Below, one piece after another: positions 10,214 through 18,281 of a stretch of DNA of 64,000 nt. Under the pieces are notes generated by a model. The model was not told the origin of the DNA. It saw only the letters and a program-made list of their open reading frames with translations, and did not search any database. The position numbers and the translations under genes are program-made. The stretch's first letter is position 1. Each line of letters starts with the position of its first letter. Source of the stretch: Gemmatimonas sp. (GTDB taxonomy: Bacteria > Gemmatimonadota > Gemmatimonadetes > Gemmatimonadales > Gemmatimonadaceae); NCBI GenBank assembly GCA_965279375.1, contig OZ257156.1, positions 4,512,001 to 4,576,000 on the forward strand. The letters run 5' to 3'.

Positions 10214-13200
10214 CTAGTTTTCCTTGAAGGCCACGGTGATTGCCAGCGGTCCATTCGCCATCGGCGTGCACACGGCGCCGGTCTGCACCGCCGCCGGCGC
10301 GCAGTCGCCGCCCCAACGATCGAAGACGGTCTCGGCGCCCGGCAGCGCCGCAATGCGAAGTGCGGTTCCCATCGGAACCATCACGGTGCACTTGTTCGAC
10401 TGATTGGGCGCCGTGATCGCGCACGCCGTCGTTCCGTTCAAAGTCACGGTGCCGCTCGTACCACGGATCGCCGTCACCGTGATCTCCACTGGCACGAGCA
10501 GATCGAACGTGCCCGACACCGCCGCGGCGACAGTCGGCGTGAGGGTGCACGACGTGGCACCGACACACGCTCCGGTGAATCCTGAGAACGCCGACTCTGC
10601 GCCCGGCACCGCCGTCAGCACGACGGGCGCGCCGATCGTGACGAGGCGCGCGCAGGTGGCACTGCCCCGCGACACCGTCAGCGCGCAGAACGGCGCGCCG
10701 TCGATGAGCACCGAACCACCGCCCTGCCCCGAGAGCGAAAGCGTCAGCGGCACCTGCCGCTGGGTGAACGTTGCCCCCACGGTGCGAGCCGCGGTGATGG
10801 CCAGCGTGCAGCGTCCGGTGCCGCCGCAATCACCCGAGAACGCATCGAAGCTCGAGCCAACCGACGCAGCGCCCTGCAAAACCACACTCGATCCGACATC
10901 GGTCAGTCGCGTGCACGTCACCGTTGACTGACCGAGCGCCAACGCGCACGCCACCGAGCCGTCGACTGAAATGCTGCCGGCGCCGGTACCAGTCAGCGTC
11001 ATCGTGAGCGGAACCTGACGACGGCGGAAGGACGCCGTTGCGGTCATCGGTGACGCGACCGAGAGCGAGCAGGTCGCGCCGCCGATGCAGGCACCACCAA
11101 ATCCATCGAACAGCGACTCCGTTGTCGGCGTGGCGCCGAGCACAATCGTCGAGCCGACATCCACCAGCCGCGTGCAGGAGGATGCACCCTGCGTGAGCGT
11201 CATCGAGCACGCGGGCGCGCCATCGACCGTCACCGCACCGGCACCCGTGCCACTCAACTGCAGCGTCAGCTGCACCTGGCGACGCGTCATCGTCACGGAC
11301 ACGGTACGCGGCGCGTTCATCGTCACGTTGCAGTTGAAGCCACTGCAATCGCCGCCGAATCCGCCAAAGGTCGATTCAGCACCGGGCGACGTCGAGAAGC
11401 TGACGACGGTGCCAGCGTTGACCAACCGCGTGCACGTCACGGCAGTCTGTGCGAGCGTGGAGGCGCAACTGCCGCCGTCCGATGCGGTCACGCCACCCGA
11501 ACCAGTGCCAGTCAGTGCAACGGTCAGCGGGTACTGCGTGACGCTGAAGGTCAGGCTGACTGTTTGCGGCGCGTTCATCGAGACCGTGCACGCGCCGGTG
11601 CCAGTGCAAGCGCCGCCAAAGCTGGCGAACTGCGAACTGGTCGCCGCCGTGGGCACCACCGTCACCGACGAACCCGCATCGAAGGTCTGCGTGCAGCTCG
11701 TCGTGGTTTGCTGCGAGGACAACGTGCAAACGAAGCCGCCCGGCAGTGTGGCGCTGCCCTGGCCGGGACCGTTGAGCACCAGCGTCAATGCCACCTGCCG
11801 CCGACCGAATGTCGCGACGACGTTGCGCGTTTGCGAGAGCGTGGTGGTGCAGGTGTTGGACTGTCCGCTGCACGCGCCGCTCCATGCGGTGAAGCTGGAG
11901 TTCGCGTCGGGAATGGCGGTGAGCGTGATCGACGTGCCGAAGGTCGCGGCCTCGGTGCACGTGCCGGTGTTCGCCCCTGCCGCTCGCGCGCACGCGATCG
12001 TCGAACCGCCAGTGACCAATCCGCTGCCGACGCCTGCTGGCGTCACCGTGATGCGCTGGGCATCGAAGAATCGCGCCGAGGCGGATACGGCGGCCGCGCC
12101 CGGCGTCACGGTGCACGTCGCACCGGTCGCACTCGCGCAGTCGGCGCCCCACCCCGCAAAGAATTGCTGTGTGCCACCCGTCGGCAGCGGCTCGCCAACG
12201 GCGGTGAGCTGATACGGCGCGCCTTCGGGCGTATCGACGGCGCAGGTGCCCGAGGTCGCAGTCGGTGTGATGCGGCAATCCAATCCGTTCGCTCCGGTTA
12301 CCCGACCACGACCGTCGGTGCCTGCGGCCGCGCTCACCGTCAGCCGGCGGAGCGCGGCGAATCGCGCGGTCGCGACACGAGCCTGCGACATCGTGACCAC
12401 GCACGTCGTGGAGTTCGTCGCCGATGCGCACGCATCACTCCACGCACCGAACGCGCTGCCCGGATCGGCCGTGGAGGTCAACGAAACCGTGGACTCGCCG
12501 GTGAACGAGAACGCGCAGGTTCCGCTCAATGCGGCGCCGGCCACCTTGCAATCGATACCCGCCGGCGTCGAGCGAACCGTGCCCGTGCCCGCACCGGTAC
12601 CCACGTTGATCGTCAACAGGACGGGAGGGCGCTGCACGCGCACCGACACCACCTTGATCAGCGTGCCAATGCGCGCGGAGATCCGGGCCGTGCCCAGCGA
12701 CACGCCGGTGATCACGCCCGTTGCGCCATTCACCGTCGCAACCGTCGGCTCGTCCGAGCTCCACACGACACTGCGATCGGTCACCAGCTGTCCGCGCGTA
12801 TCGAGCACGCGCGAAGTGAGCGTGGTGGTTGCGCCAAGAATCACCGGCACCACGTCCGTCGCCTGCACCACTGCGCTGCCACCCTGCAGCACTTCCACCG
12901 ACGCCAAGTCGATGAGCGTCACCGGCTGCGTCACCGTCGTCGTCAACCCGGGCGCAAGGCGCAGCGGACCAACGACCTGCTCATCGACGATGGAGCCATT
13001 CACCAACAACGAGAGATTGAGCACCACCGCACAGGAGGCGCTGGTGCTGTTGCCGCTCGCGCTCACATCGCGCGCCGGATCGGACAGACAGGTGCCGACA
13101 TCGACAGGAATCGGCACCGCTTGCGACGACTCGCTCGTGAGTGTCAGCACCTGTGACCCGATGCGGACGCTGCTGCCGTCCTGCCGCAGATACGAGGCCA

Positions 13201-13447
13201 CGACGTTGAGCGACACGACGTCGGTCGCGGTGGCAACCTTCCGCGGCACGCTCGCCGTGAAAGCGATCGTCGCCGGACCCGCCGAGCCTTTCTTGCCTGG
13301 CGAGAGCATGTCACCGCAGGCCGCCGTCACCGCGAGCGGCAAGACCAGCGCCGCGATGCGCCATTGGCTCGCACGTCGGAGAACGGAGTGACACAGTGCC
13401 TGCAGCTGCATGGACATCGAGAAGGTGCGCATGTGAGTGCGCCTCAA
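10214..13447 (-). CDS. Large surface lipoprotein: Ig-like (Big_2-like) domain plus nine Cys-containing InlB B-repeat-like domains
   Basis: Lipobox LAVTAAC; VVWSSDEPTVATV Ig motif; nine ~87-aa repeats with pattern LT..GTG.G.V...C...C...G..V.L...F..(W/F).G.C...C; exact start uncertain (TTG 13447 overlaps upstream stop). Confidence 0.8.
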   Translation of the reverse strand: MRRTHMRTFSMSMQLQALCHSVLRRASQWRIAALVLPLAVTAACGDMLSPGKKGSAGPATIAFTASVPRKVATATDVVSLNVVASYLRQDGSSVRIGSQVLTLTSESSQAVPIPVDVGTCLSDPARDVSASGNSTSASCAVVLNLSLLVNGSIVDEQVVGPLRLAPGLTTTVTQPVTLIDLASVEVLQGGSAVVQATDVVPVILGATTTLTSRVLDTRGQLVTDRSVVWSSDEPTVATVNGATGVITGVSLGTARISARIGTLIKVVSVRVQRPPVLLTINVGTGAGTGTVRSTPAGIDCKVAGAALSGTCAFSFTGESTVSLTSTADPGSAFGAWSDACASATNSTTCVVTMSQARVATARFAALRRLTVSAAAGTDGRGRVTGANGLDCRITPTATSGTCAVDTPEGAPYQLTAVGEPLPTGGTQQFFAGWGADCASATGATCTVTPGAAAVSASARFFDAQRITVTPAGVGSGLVTGGSTIACARAAGANTGTCTEAATFGTSITLTAIPDANSSFTAWSGACSGQSNTCTTTLSQTRNVVATFGRRQVALTLVLNGPGQGSATLPGGFVCTLSSQQTTTSCTQTFDAGSSVTVVPTAATSSQFASFGGACTGTGACTVSMNAPQTVSLTFSVTQYPLTVALTGTGSGGVTASDGGSCASTLAQTAVTCTRLVNAGTVVSFSTSPGAESTFGGFGGDCSGFNCNVTMNAPRTVSVTMTRRQVQLTLQLSGTGAGAVTVDGAPACSMTLTQGASSCTRLVDVGSTIVLGATPTTESLFDGFGGACIGGATCSLSVASPMTATASFRRRQVPLTMTLTGTGAGSISVDGSVACALALGQSTVTCTRLTDVGSSVVLQGAASVGSSFDAFSGDCGGTGRCTLAITAARTVGATFTQRQVPLTLSLSGQGGGSVLIDGAPFCALTVSRGSATCARLVTIGAPVVLTAVPGAESAFSGFTGACVGATSCTLTPTVAAAVSGTFDLLVPVEITVTAIRGTSGTVTLNGTTACAITAPNQSNKCTVMVPMGTALRIAALPGAETVFDRWGGDCAPAAVQTGAVCTPMANGPLAITVAFKEN
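10217..12622 (-). repeat. Nine tandem degenerate ~87-aa protein repeats, each with four Cys
   Basis: Aligned by eye in the translation. Confidence 0.8.
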
Positions 13448-14736
13448 AAGCGAGACGAAATGACGAGGCCGAGTCCGGCCCCGGTAAACGAGCGTGACGG
13501 CTTGTTTCCTGTTGGCGTGCGCTGAGTGAGCACGCCCCCCTGTGCGCGTACGTACGGCTGCACCGACATCAGGCTGCGACGCAAGTTCACGCCGAACGTC
13601 AGCGTCGCGCTACGCACCCCAGCAGTCGGCAATCCAAGGTCGACGCCGAGCCCGGAGTGCCAACGCGCGTCGGTCGAAATTACGAAGTCACGTCCGACTG
13701 CCCACGGCAACACGGTGCGCGCGCCTACATCGACGTACTGACCACCGGACTTCTCCACCGTCAGCCCATCTCGCGCGAAGGGCGCCCGCCAGCGATACGC
13801 GGTGTATGCGAGCAACTCACGCACATGCGGCGCCGCAATCTGCAACTGCGCATCCGCACTCAGCACGGGCCCAAGCCGGACCGACGCGATACTCGGCCCG
13901 CCACGCCCGGCCGCATCTGTCGCAATATCGGTCGTCAGCTTGTCCTCGGCGAATACATCTGCGGCAAGCGCGACGATCAACCGATTGGCGCCAACGGTCC
14001 GATCGCCGCTGACCGACGCGCGAATGACTCCGCCGGGGGTGAAGTCGGCCGTGGAGGCTCCCACCGTCAGCGCGGCGAGCGGCTGGTAGCGTCCGCGCAC
14101 CTCGTACGAACCGCCGTAGGCCATCGCCCACTTGCCCAGCTGCTGCGGCACGACGAAGCCGAGCGTTCCGCTGGGGCCGGAGCCGACCGAAGTGCTGCCC
14201 ATGCCGAGCGCCGGCGCACCAAGCACGCGCAGCGTGGCGAACTCCGGCACCGAGAGCGCAGTACGCCCAGTCGGTGCATTGAGCCCCACCGTGAAAATCA
14301 GGCCATCGCCCCACACCCGCCCGGAAGCGCGAACGCGCACATCACTGACGCCGCCGAGCGACGCGGTGCGTGTGCCGCCCTGTGCCGCGGGGTCGGTATA
14401 GGTGATGCTGCCACGCGAATACAGCGCAGTGATATCCATTCGCCAGCCGCCGATCGGGACCGCCGTGGTAATCGGCAACGTGAACTGCTGCACCTTGGTC
14501 AACCGTGTGGAGTCGAGCCCTGCGAAGCCCGTCTGCGGAATGCCGCCGCCACCGAACGAGATCGATTCGAAGGACATGCCCGCGCCGAGCGCACGCGTCC
14601 CGACGAGACGATCCTGCGCGTGCGCGGAGCCGGCGGTCATGAGCATCGCGGCGACGAGGGTCGCCCACGGCGCGACGAACCAGCGCTGATCGACTGCCTC
14701 GGTCCGCAACGCCGCGTGGGGCGCCTCATGATTCAT
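13444..14736 (-). CDS. Hypothetical protein, predicted outer-membrane beta-barrel
   Basis: Signal peptide ending AHAQ, alternating hydrophobic strands, C-terminal GLGLVISSRF (terminal Phe); ATGA overlap with upstream gene. Confidence 0.6.
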   Translation of the reverse strand: MNHEAPHAALRTEAVDQRWFVAPWATLVAAMLMTAGSAHAQDRLVGTRALGAGMSFESISFGGGGIPQTGFAGLDSTRLTKVQQFTLPITTAVPIGGWRMDITALYSRGSITYTDPAAQGGTRTASLGGVSDVRVRASGRVWGDGLIFTVGLNAPTGRTALSVPEFATLRVLGAPALGMGSTSVGSGPSGTLGFVVPQQLGKWAMAYGGSYEVRGRYQPLAALTVGASTADFTPGGVIRASVSGDRTVGANRLIVALAADVFAEDKLTTDIATDAAGRGGPSIASVRLGPVLSADAQLQIAAPHVRELLAYTAYRWRAPFARDGLTVEKSGGQYVDVGARTVLPWAVGRDFVISTDARWHSGLGVDLGLPTAGVRSATLTFGVNLRRSLMSVQPYVRAQGGVLTQRTPTGNKPSRSFTGAGLGLVISSRF

Positions 14737-15761
14737 GGACGACGGATGGTCACCACGACGGTGACGACCGTGCTCGGGAAGGAGGGATCACCCACTCCGC
14801 CCGAAGGACGTGTCAGCGACGTGATGAAGTCGAGCGGGCGATTCAGCCGATCGATCGTGCCCGTCTCCGGCGCGTTGATCGCCCGTACACCCGGCAGCAG
14901 CGCCGGAGGAACCGCCGCTGCCCGCGCGATGCTCTTGAGCTGCGACGCTCGGTCGCCCGCCGCCTGAAACGTCGGCGTCAGACGCGAGGCCTGCTCGAAC
15001 TCCTGAATCGCGCGCCGCCGATCACCGGCGAGCTCCGCCTGCACTCCGCGACCATACGCCGTCAGCGAGGCGAGGCCGACCGCCGGGCGATCCTCGATGC
15101 GCGCCCGCTCCGCCGGAGTGAGCGTGACCCCCAGTGCCTCGAACAGTCGGAACGCCACGGCCTTTTCCGCCGCCAGGATATCCGCGAACGAAGCGCGTGC
15201 GTCGAGCGCGGACTCCAACTCGCCCGTCTCGACATCCGCCACCCGCGCCGACAATCGCAGCTCACCACTGGGCAGCGTGTCGAGTGCGCCGAGCACGAGG
15301 CGCCGGGCGCGCAACAGCTGACCAACGCGCGGCGCCGTCGAAGAATCGACTCGGCCGGTCTTCGTCAGGTCGAGCTCGCGGAGCACCTCGCTCAGACGCG
15401 AACGCTCCACCAGCTGCAGCTGCGCGCTGCGCGACAGGTCGGTGACGAGCAAATCGGAGAGCGCGAAGCCCAGGGAGGTGAGGCGCGCGTCGTTGGAGCT
15501 GAGGCGAAAGGGCGTGACGCCGACCGTGCCCGCGGCTGCACCGGCGCCACGTTCACGAGCAAGCGCGGCGGCAGATGCCGAGTCGATGGCGACGCGGCTG
15601 GTGACGGCGGGCGTGCGGGGACCGGCGGAGGCGCAGGCGCCGAGCAGGAGCGCGCCAATCGATGCGACGCCTAACGTCGCGATGCCGCGGATCGGCAGGC
15701 GTGCTCCAGTCTGCTCGCGGCGTCGCACCAGTCCAACGGACCATGCGGACTTCGGTGTCAT
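14733..15761 (-). CDS. CsgG/HfaB-like lipoprotein with TPR-like helices
   Basis: Lipobox LLLGAC; TVGVTPF...LVERSRLSEVLRELDL...TAPRVGQLLRARRLVLG; start uncertain (15761 or 15821). Confidence 0.72.
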   Translation of the reverse strand: MTPKSAWSVGLVRRREQTGARLPIRGIATLGVASIGALLLGACASAGPRTPAVTSRVAIDSASAAALARERGAGAAAGTVGVTPFRLSSNDARLTSLGFALSDLLVTDLSRSAQLQLVERSRLSEVLRELDLTKTGRVDSSTAPRVGQLLRARRLVLGALDTLPSGELRLSARVADVETGELESALDARASFADILAAEKAVAFRLFEALGVTLTPAERARIEDRPAVGLASLTAYGRGVQAELAGDRRRAIQEFEQASRLTPTFQAAGDRASQLKSIARAAAVPPALLPGVRAINAPETGTIDRLNRPLDFITSLTRPSGGVGDPSFPSTVVTVVVTIRRP

Positions 15762-15903
15762 CTCTTCAAACGGATCGTGAGGGCCACCGCGCCGTTCAGG
15801 CGCGGTAGTGCAGATCACCATATACGAGAGGGAAAGGTGCCCCCCCCTCCAACGAGCGTCAAGAATAATTTGACCTATACGAAGCGAAGATTTCCTTCAC
15901 GTT

Positions 15904-17490
15904 TCACGGGCGGCGTGCACGGGCCTTCGTGGGTGCACTTTCCTCTCCGAAACGATCGACGGCCGTCACGATCACAACGGGTCGCGCCCCATCGCCCGCC
16001 GGCGCGATAACCACGCGCCGCTGCGATCCCGGGAGCACACGCTGTCTCCACCCGCTATCGGTTCGGACATGCACGGTCCACCACGCCACGGCCGAGCCCG
16101 CTAACGGAGCGAGCGACAGTACGACTTCTCCCGTCGCCGGGTCGTCACCAAGCGTCGCCCGGGGCGACGGCATCCGCTTGCGCGAGAGCCATGGCGATGC
16201 AGGCACCAGAGCGTCCGCGCCATAGAGCTCGCTCACGAGGCGTTCCGCCAAGGCCGCGGCGGCGGCCTCCCTGGGAGGCTGCGTGGCCACACCCACCAGG
16301 ACGCTGTCTCGGCGCACTGTTGCCGCTGGCATCAGCGCGCGCATGGAAAACAGCACATCACCGGTCGCCGCTGTCGCCCGGGTCGCCCGGATCTGCGCAT
16401 TCAGTTCGCCCGGACCCCAGGTACCGCCCGCCGCCGCACGGCTTGCGTTGTGCCCGGGCCAGATGTGGCGCCCTTTGGCGTTCTCGCCAAGCCACCAATC
16501 GAGGAGCACCGGGTAGCTCTGCGCGGTCTGCGCGATCGGCCAGTAGAGCTGCGGCGTGAAGTAGTCGATCCACCCCTCGCGCAGCCATCGACGTGAATCG
16601 CCGTACAGCTTGTCGTACGAGTCGAAGCCCTTGATCTGCGCCGGATTGCCCGGGCGCCAGATGCCGAACGGACTGATTCCGACTTTAACCCACGGTTTGA
16701 GCGACTTCGTGCGCATGTAGAGCAGCTGCACGAGCGTGTCCACGTTGTGGCGACGCCAGTCATTGCGATCGAGCCGACCGCCGCGAGCACGATAGGCCCG
16801 ATAGCTCGACGAGTCGGGGAATGGCACCTCGACGGTGTCCGGCCCAACCTCGGGATACGGGTAGAAGTAATCGTCGATGTGAATGCCATCGACGTCGTAG
16901 CGCTTGACCACGTCGAGCATGACGCGCAGCGACTGCTGCAGCACCTTGGGCTCGCCCGGATCCATCCAGAGATACTTGCCGTAACGACGCACGAGCTCCG
17001 GGTGCGCTTCGCTGATGTGCGTCTTGGCCGAGGGGCTGAACGCACTCGCGTGGCGGGCGCGATACGGATTGAACCACGCGTGCAGCTCGAGCCCGCGCGC
17101 ATGCGCCGCTTCCACCGCGAAGGTGAGCGGATCGTAGTACGGCTCGGGCGCGCGCCCTTCGAGGCCGGTGAGATACGCGGACCACGGCTCGAAGGGCGAG
17201 TCGTACAGCGCGTCGGCGGCGGGACGGACCTGCAGCATCACGGCGTTCAGATGCAGCGCTTTCGCTCGATCGAGGATCGCCAGCAATTCCGATTGCTGCT
17301 CGAACGACGACAGCCCTGGCTTGGACGGCCAATCGATGTTGGCCACGCTGGCCACCCAGACGCCTCGAAACTCACGCGCGATGGGCGGCGGCATGTCGGG
17401 CGACTGCGCCCGCACGAATGGCGCAGCGCTAAAACACGCGAGCGTCGCGAGCTCGAGGGCCCAACGACGCACGAATGGAGAACGATTCAC
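15904..17490 (-). CDS. Glycoside hydrolase family 10-like (GHL10/DUF187, YddW/DigH-like)
   Basis: REFRGVWVASVANIDWPS, HAWFNPYR, YDVDGIHIDDYFYPY, GISPFGIW, PQLYW. Confidence 0.9.
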   Translation of the reverse strand: MNRSPFVRRWALELATLACFSAAPFVRAQSPDMPPPIAREFRGVWVASVANIDWPSKPGLSSFEQQSELLAILDRAKALHLNAVMLQVRPAADALYDSPFEPWSAYLTGLEGRAPEPYYDPLTFAVEAAHARGLELHAWFNPYRARHASAFSPSAKTHISEAHPELVRRYGKYLWMDPGEPKVLQQSLRVMLDVVKRYDVDGIHIDDYFYPYPEVGPDTVEVPFPDSSSYRAYRARGGRLDRNDWRRHNVDTLVQLLYMRTKSLKPWVKVGISPFGIWRPGNPAQIKGFDSYDKLYGDSRRWLREGWIDYFTPQLYWPIAQTAQSYPVLLDWWLGENAKGRHIWPGHNASRAAAGGTWGPGELNAQIRATRATAATGDVLFSMRALMPAATVRRDSVLVGVATQPPREAAAAALAERLVSELYGADALVPASPWLSRKRMPSPRATLGDDPATGEVVLSLAPLAGSAVAWWTVHVRTDSGWRQRVLPGSQRRVVIAPAGDGARPVVIVTAVDRFGEESAPTKARARRP

Positions 17491-17533
17491 AGGAGCGAGC
17501 CGGAAAGGCAGCGCGTCGGCTACTTCGAGTCGA

Positions 17534-18169
17534 CTACTTCGTGCTGGTGGGCTCCACCCAGAGCTTGGGATACAGCTTCTTCAGCTCGTCGAGCTTGGGC
17601 AGATCGTTGTACACGATGTACGGCTGCGTGAGGTGCTGCGGGAGATAGTTCTGATGATACGCTTCCGCCATGTAGAACGCTTTGAGCGGCGCAACCTGGG
17701 TGACGATCGCGCGCGAGAACTTCTTGGATGCGCTCAGGCCAGCGATGAAGGCGGTCGTGGCCTTCGCCTGCTCGGGGGAGTTGGTGAAGATCGCGGAGCG
17801 GTACTGCGTGCCGACGTCCGGCCCCTGGCGATTGAGCTGCGTGGGGTCATGCGCCACGGTGAAGAACACCTCCAGCAACGTCGCGTACGACACCACGGCG
17901 GGATCGAAGGTGATCTTGACCGCTTCCGCGTGCCCCGTGTCGCCGTCGCTCACCCGCTCGTACGATGGGTTCACCACCGTACCGCCGGCGTAGCCCGAGA
18001 CGACGTTCGTCACGCCTTTCACGTGCTCGAACACCGCTTCCACACCCCAGAAGCAACCGCCCGCGAACACCGCGGTCTCCGTTGCGCGAGGTGCCGACGC
18101 GTTGGCGTTCGTCGAGAACGGTAGCGCCAAAAGCAGAGCGCCGGTGAGTGTCACGAGTGAGCGAACCAT
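17534..18169 (-). CDS. msrA: Peptide-methionine (S)-S-oxide reductase (exported)
   Basis: FAGGCFWGVE, GHAEAV, HDPTQLNRQGPDVGTQYRS, AEAYHQNY; GGAG RBS before ATG 18169. Confidence 0.95.
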   Translation of the reverse strand: MVRSLVTLTGALLLALPFSTNANASAPRATETAVFAGGCFWGVEAVFEHVKGVTNVVSGYAGGTVVNPSYERVSDGDTGHAEAVKITFDPAVVSYATLLEVFFTVAHDPTQLNRQGPDVGTQYRSAIFTNSPEQAKATTAFIAGLSASKKFSRAIVTQVAPLKAFYMAEAYHQNYLPQHLTQPYIVYNDLPKLDELKKLYPKLWVEPTSTK

Positions 18170-18281
18170 CGAAGACTCCAGCGAGATGGCGAGTACGAAC
18201 TTACAGCGATTGTTGAACATATCCGAAGCGGCCCACGAAGTTCCCGCAGGCGACGACAGAGGGATCGGTTGCGGACGCGCG

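Noticed and set aside
11085..13391. Several long plus-strand ORFs with periodic VxV/HAP patterns
   Set aside because: Mirror translations of the repeat lipoprotein on the opposite strand
9368..15821. Classical curli (csg) operon
   Set aside because: No curlin-repeat subunit or CsgE/CsgF recognisable; only CsgG-like domains
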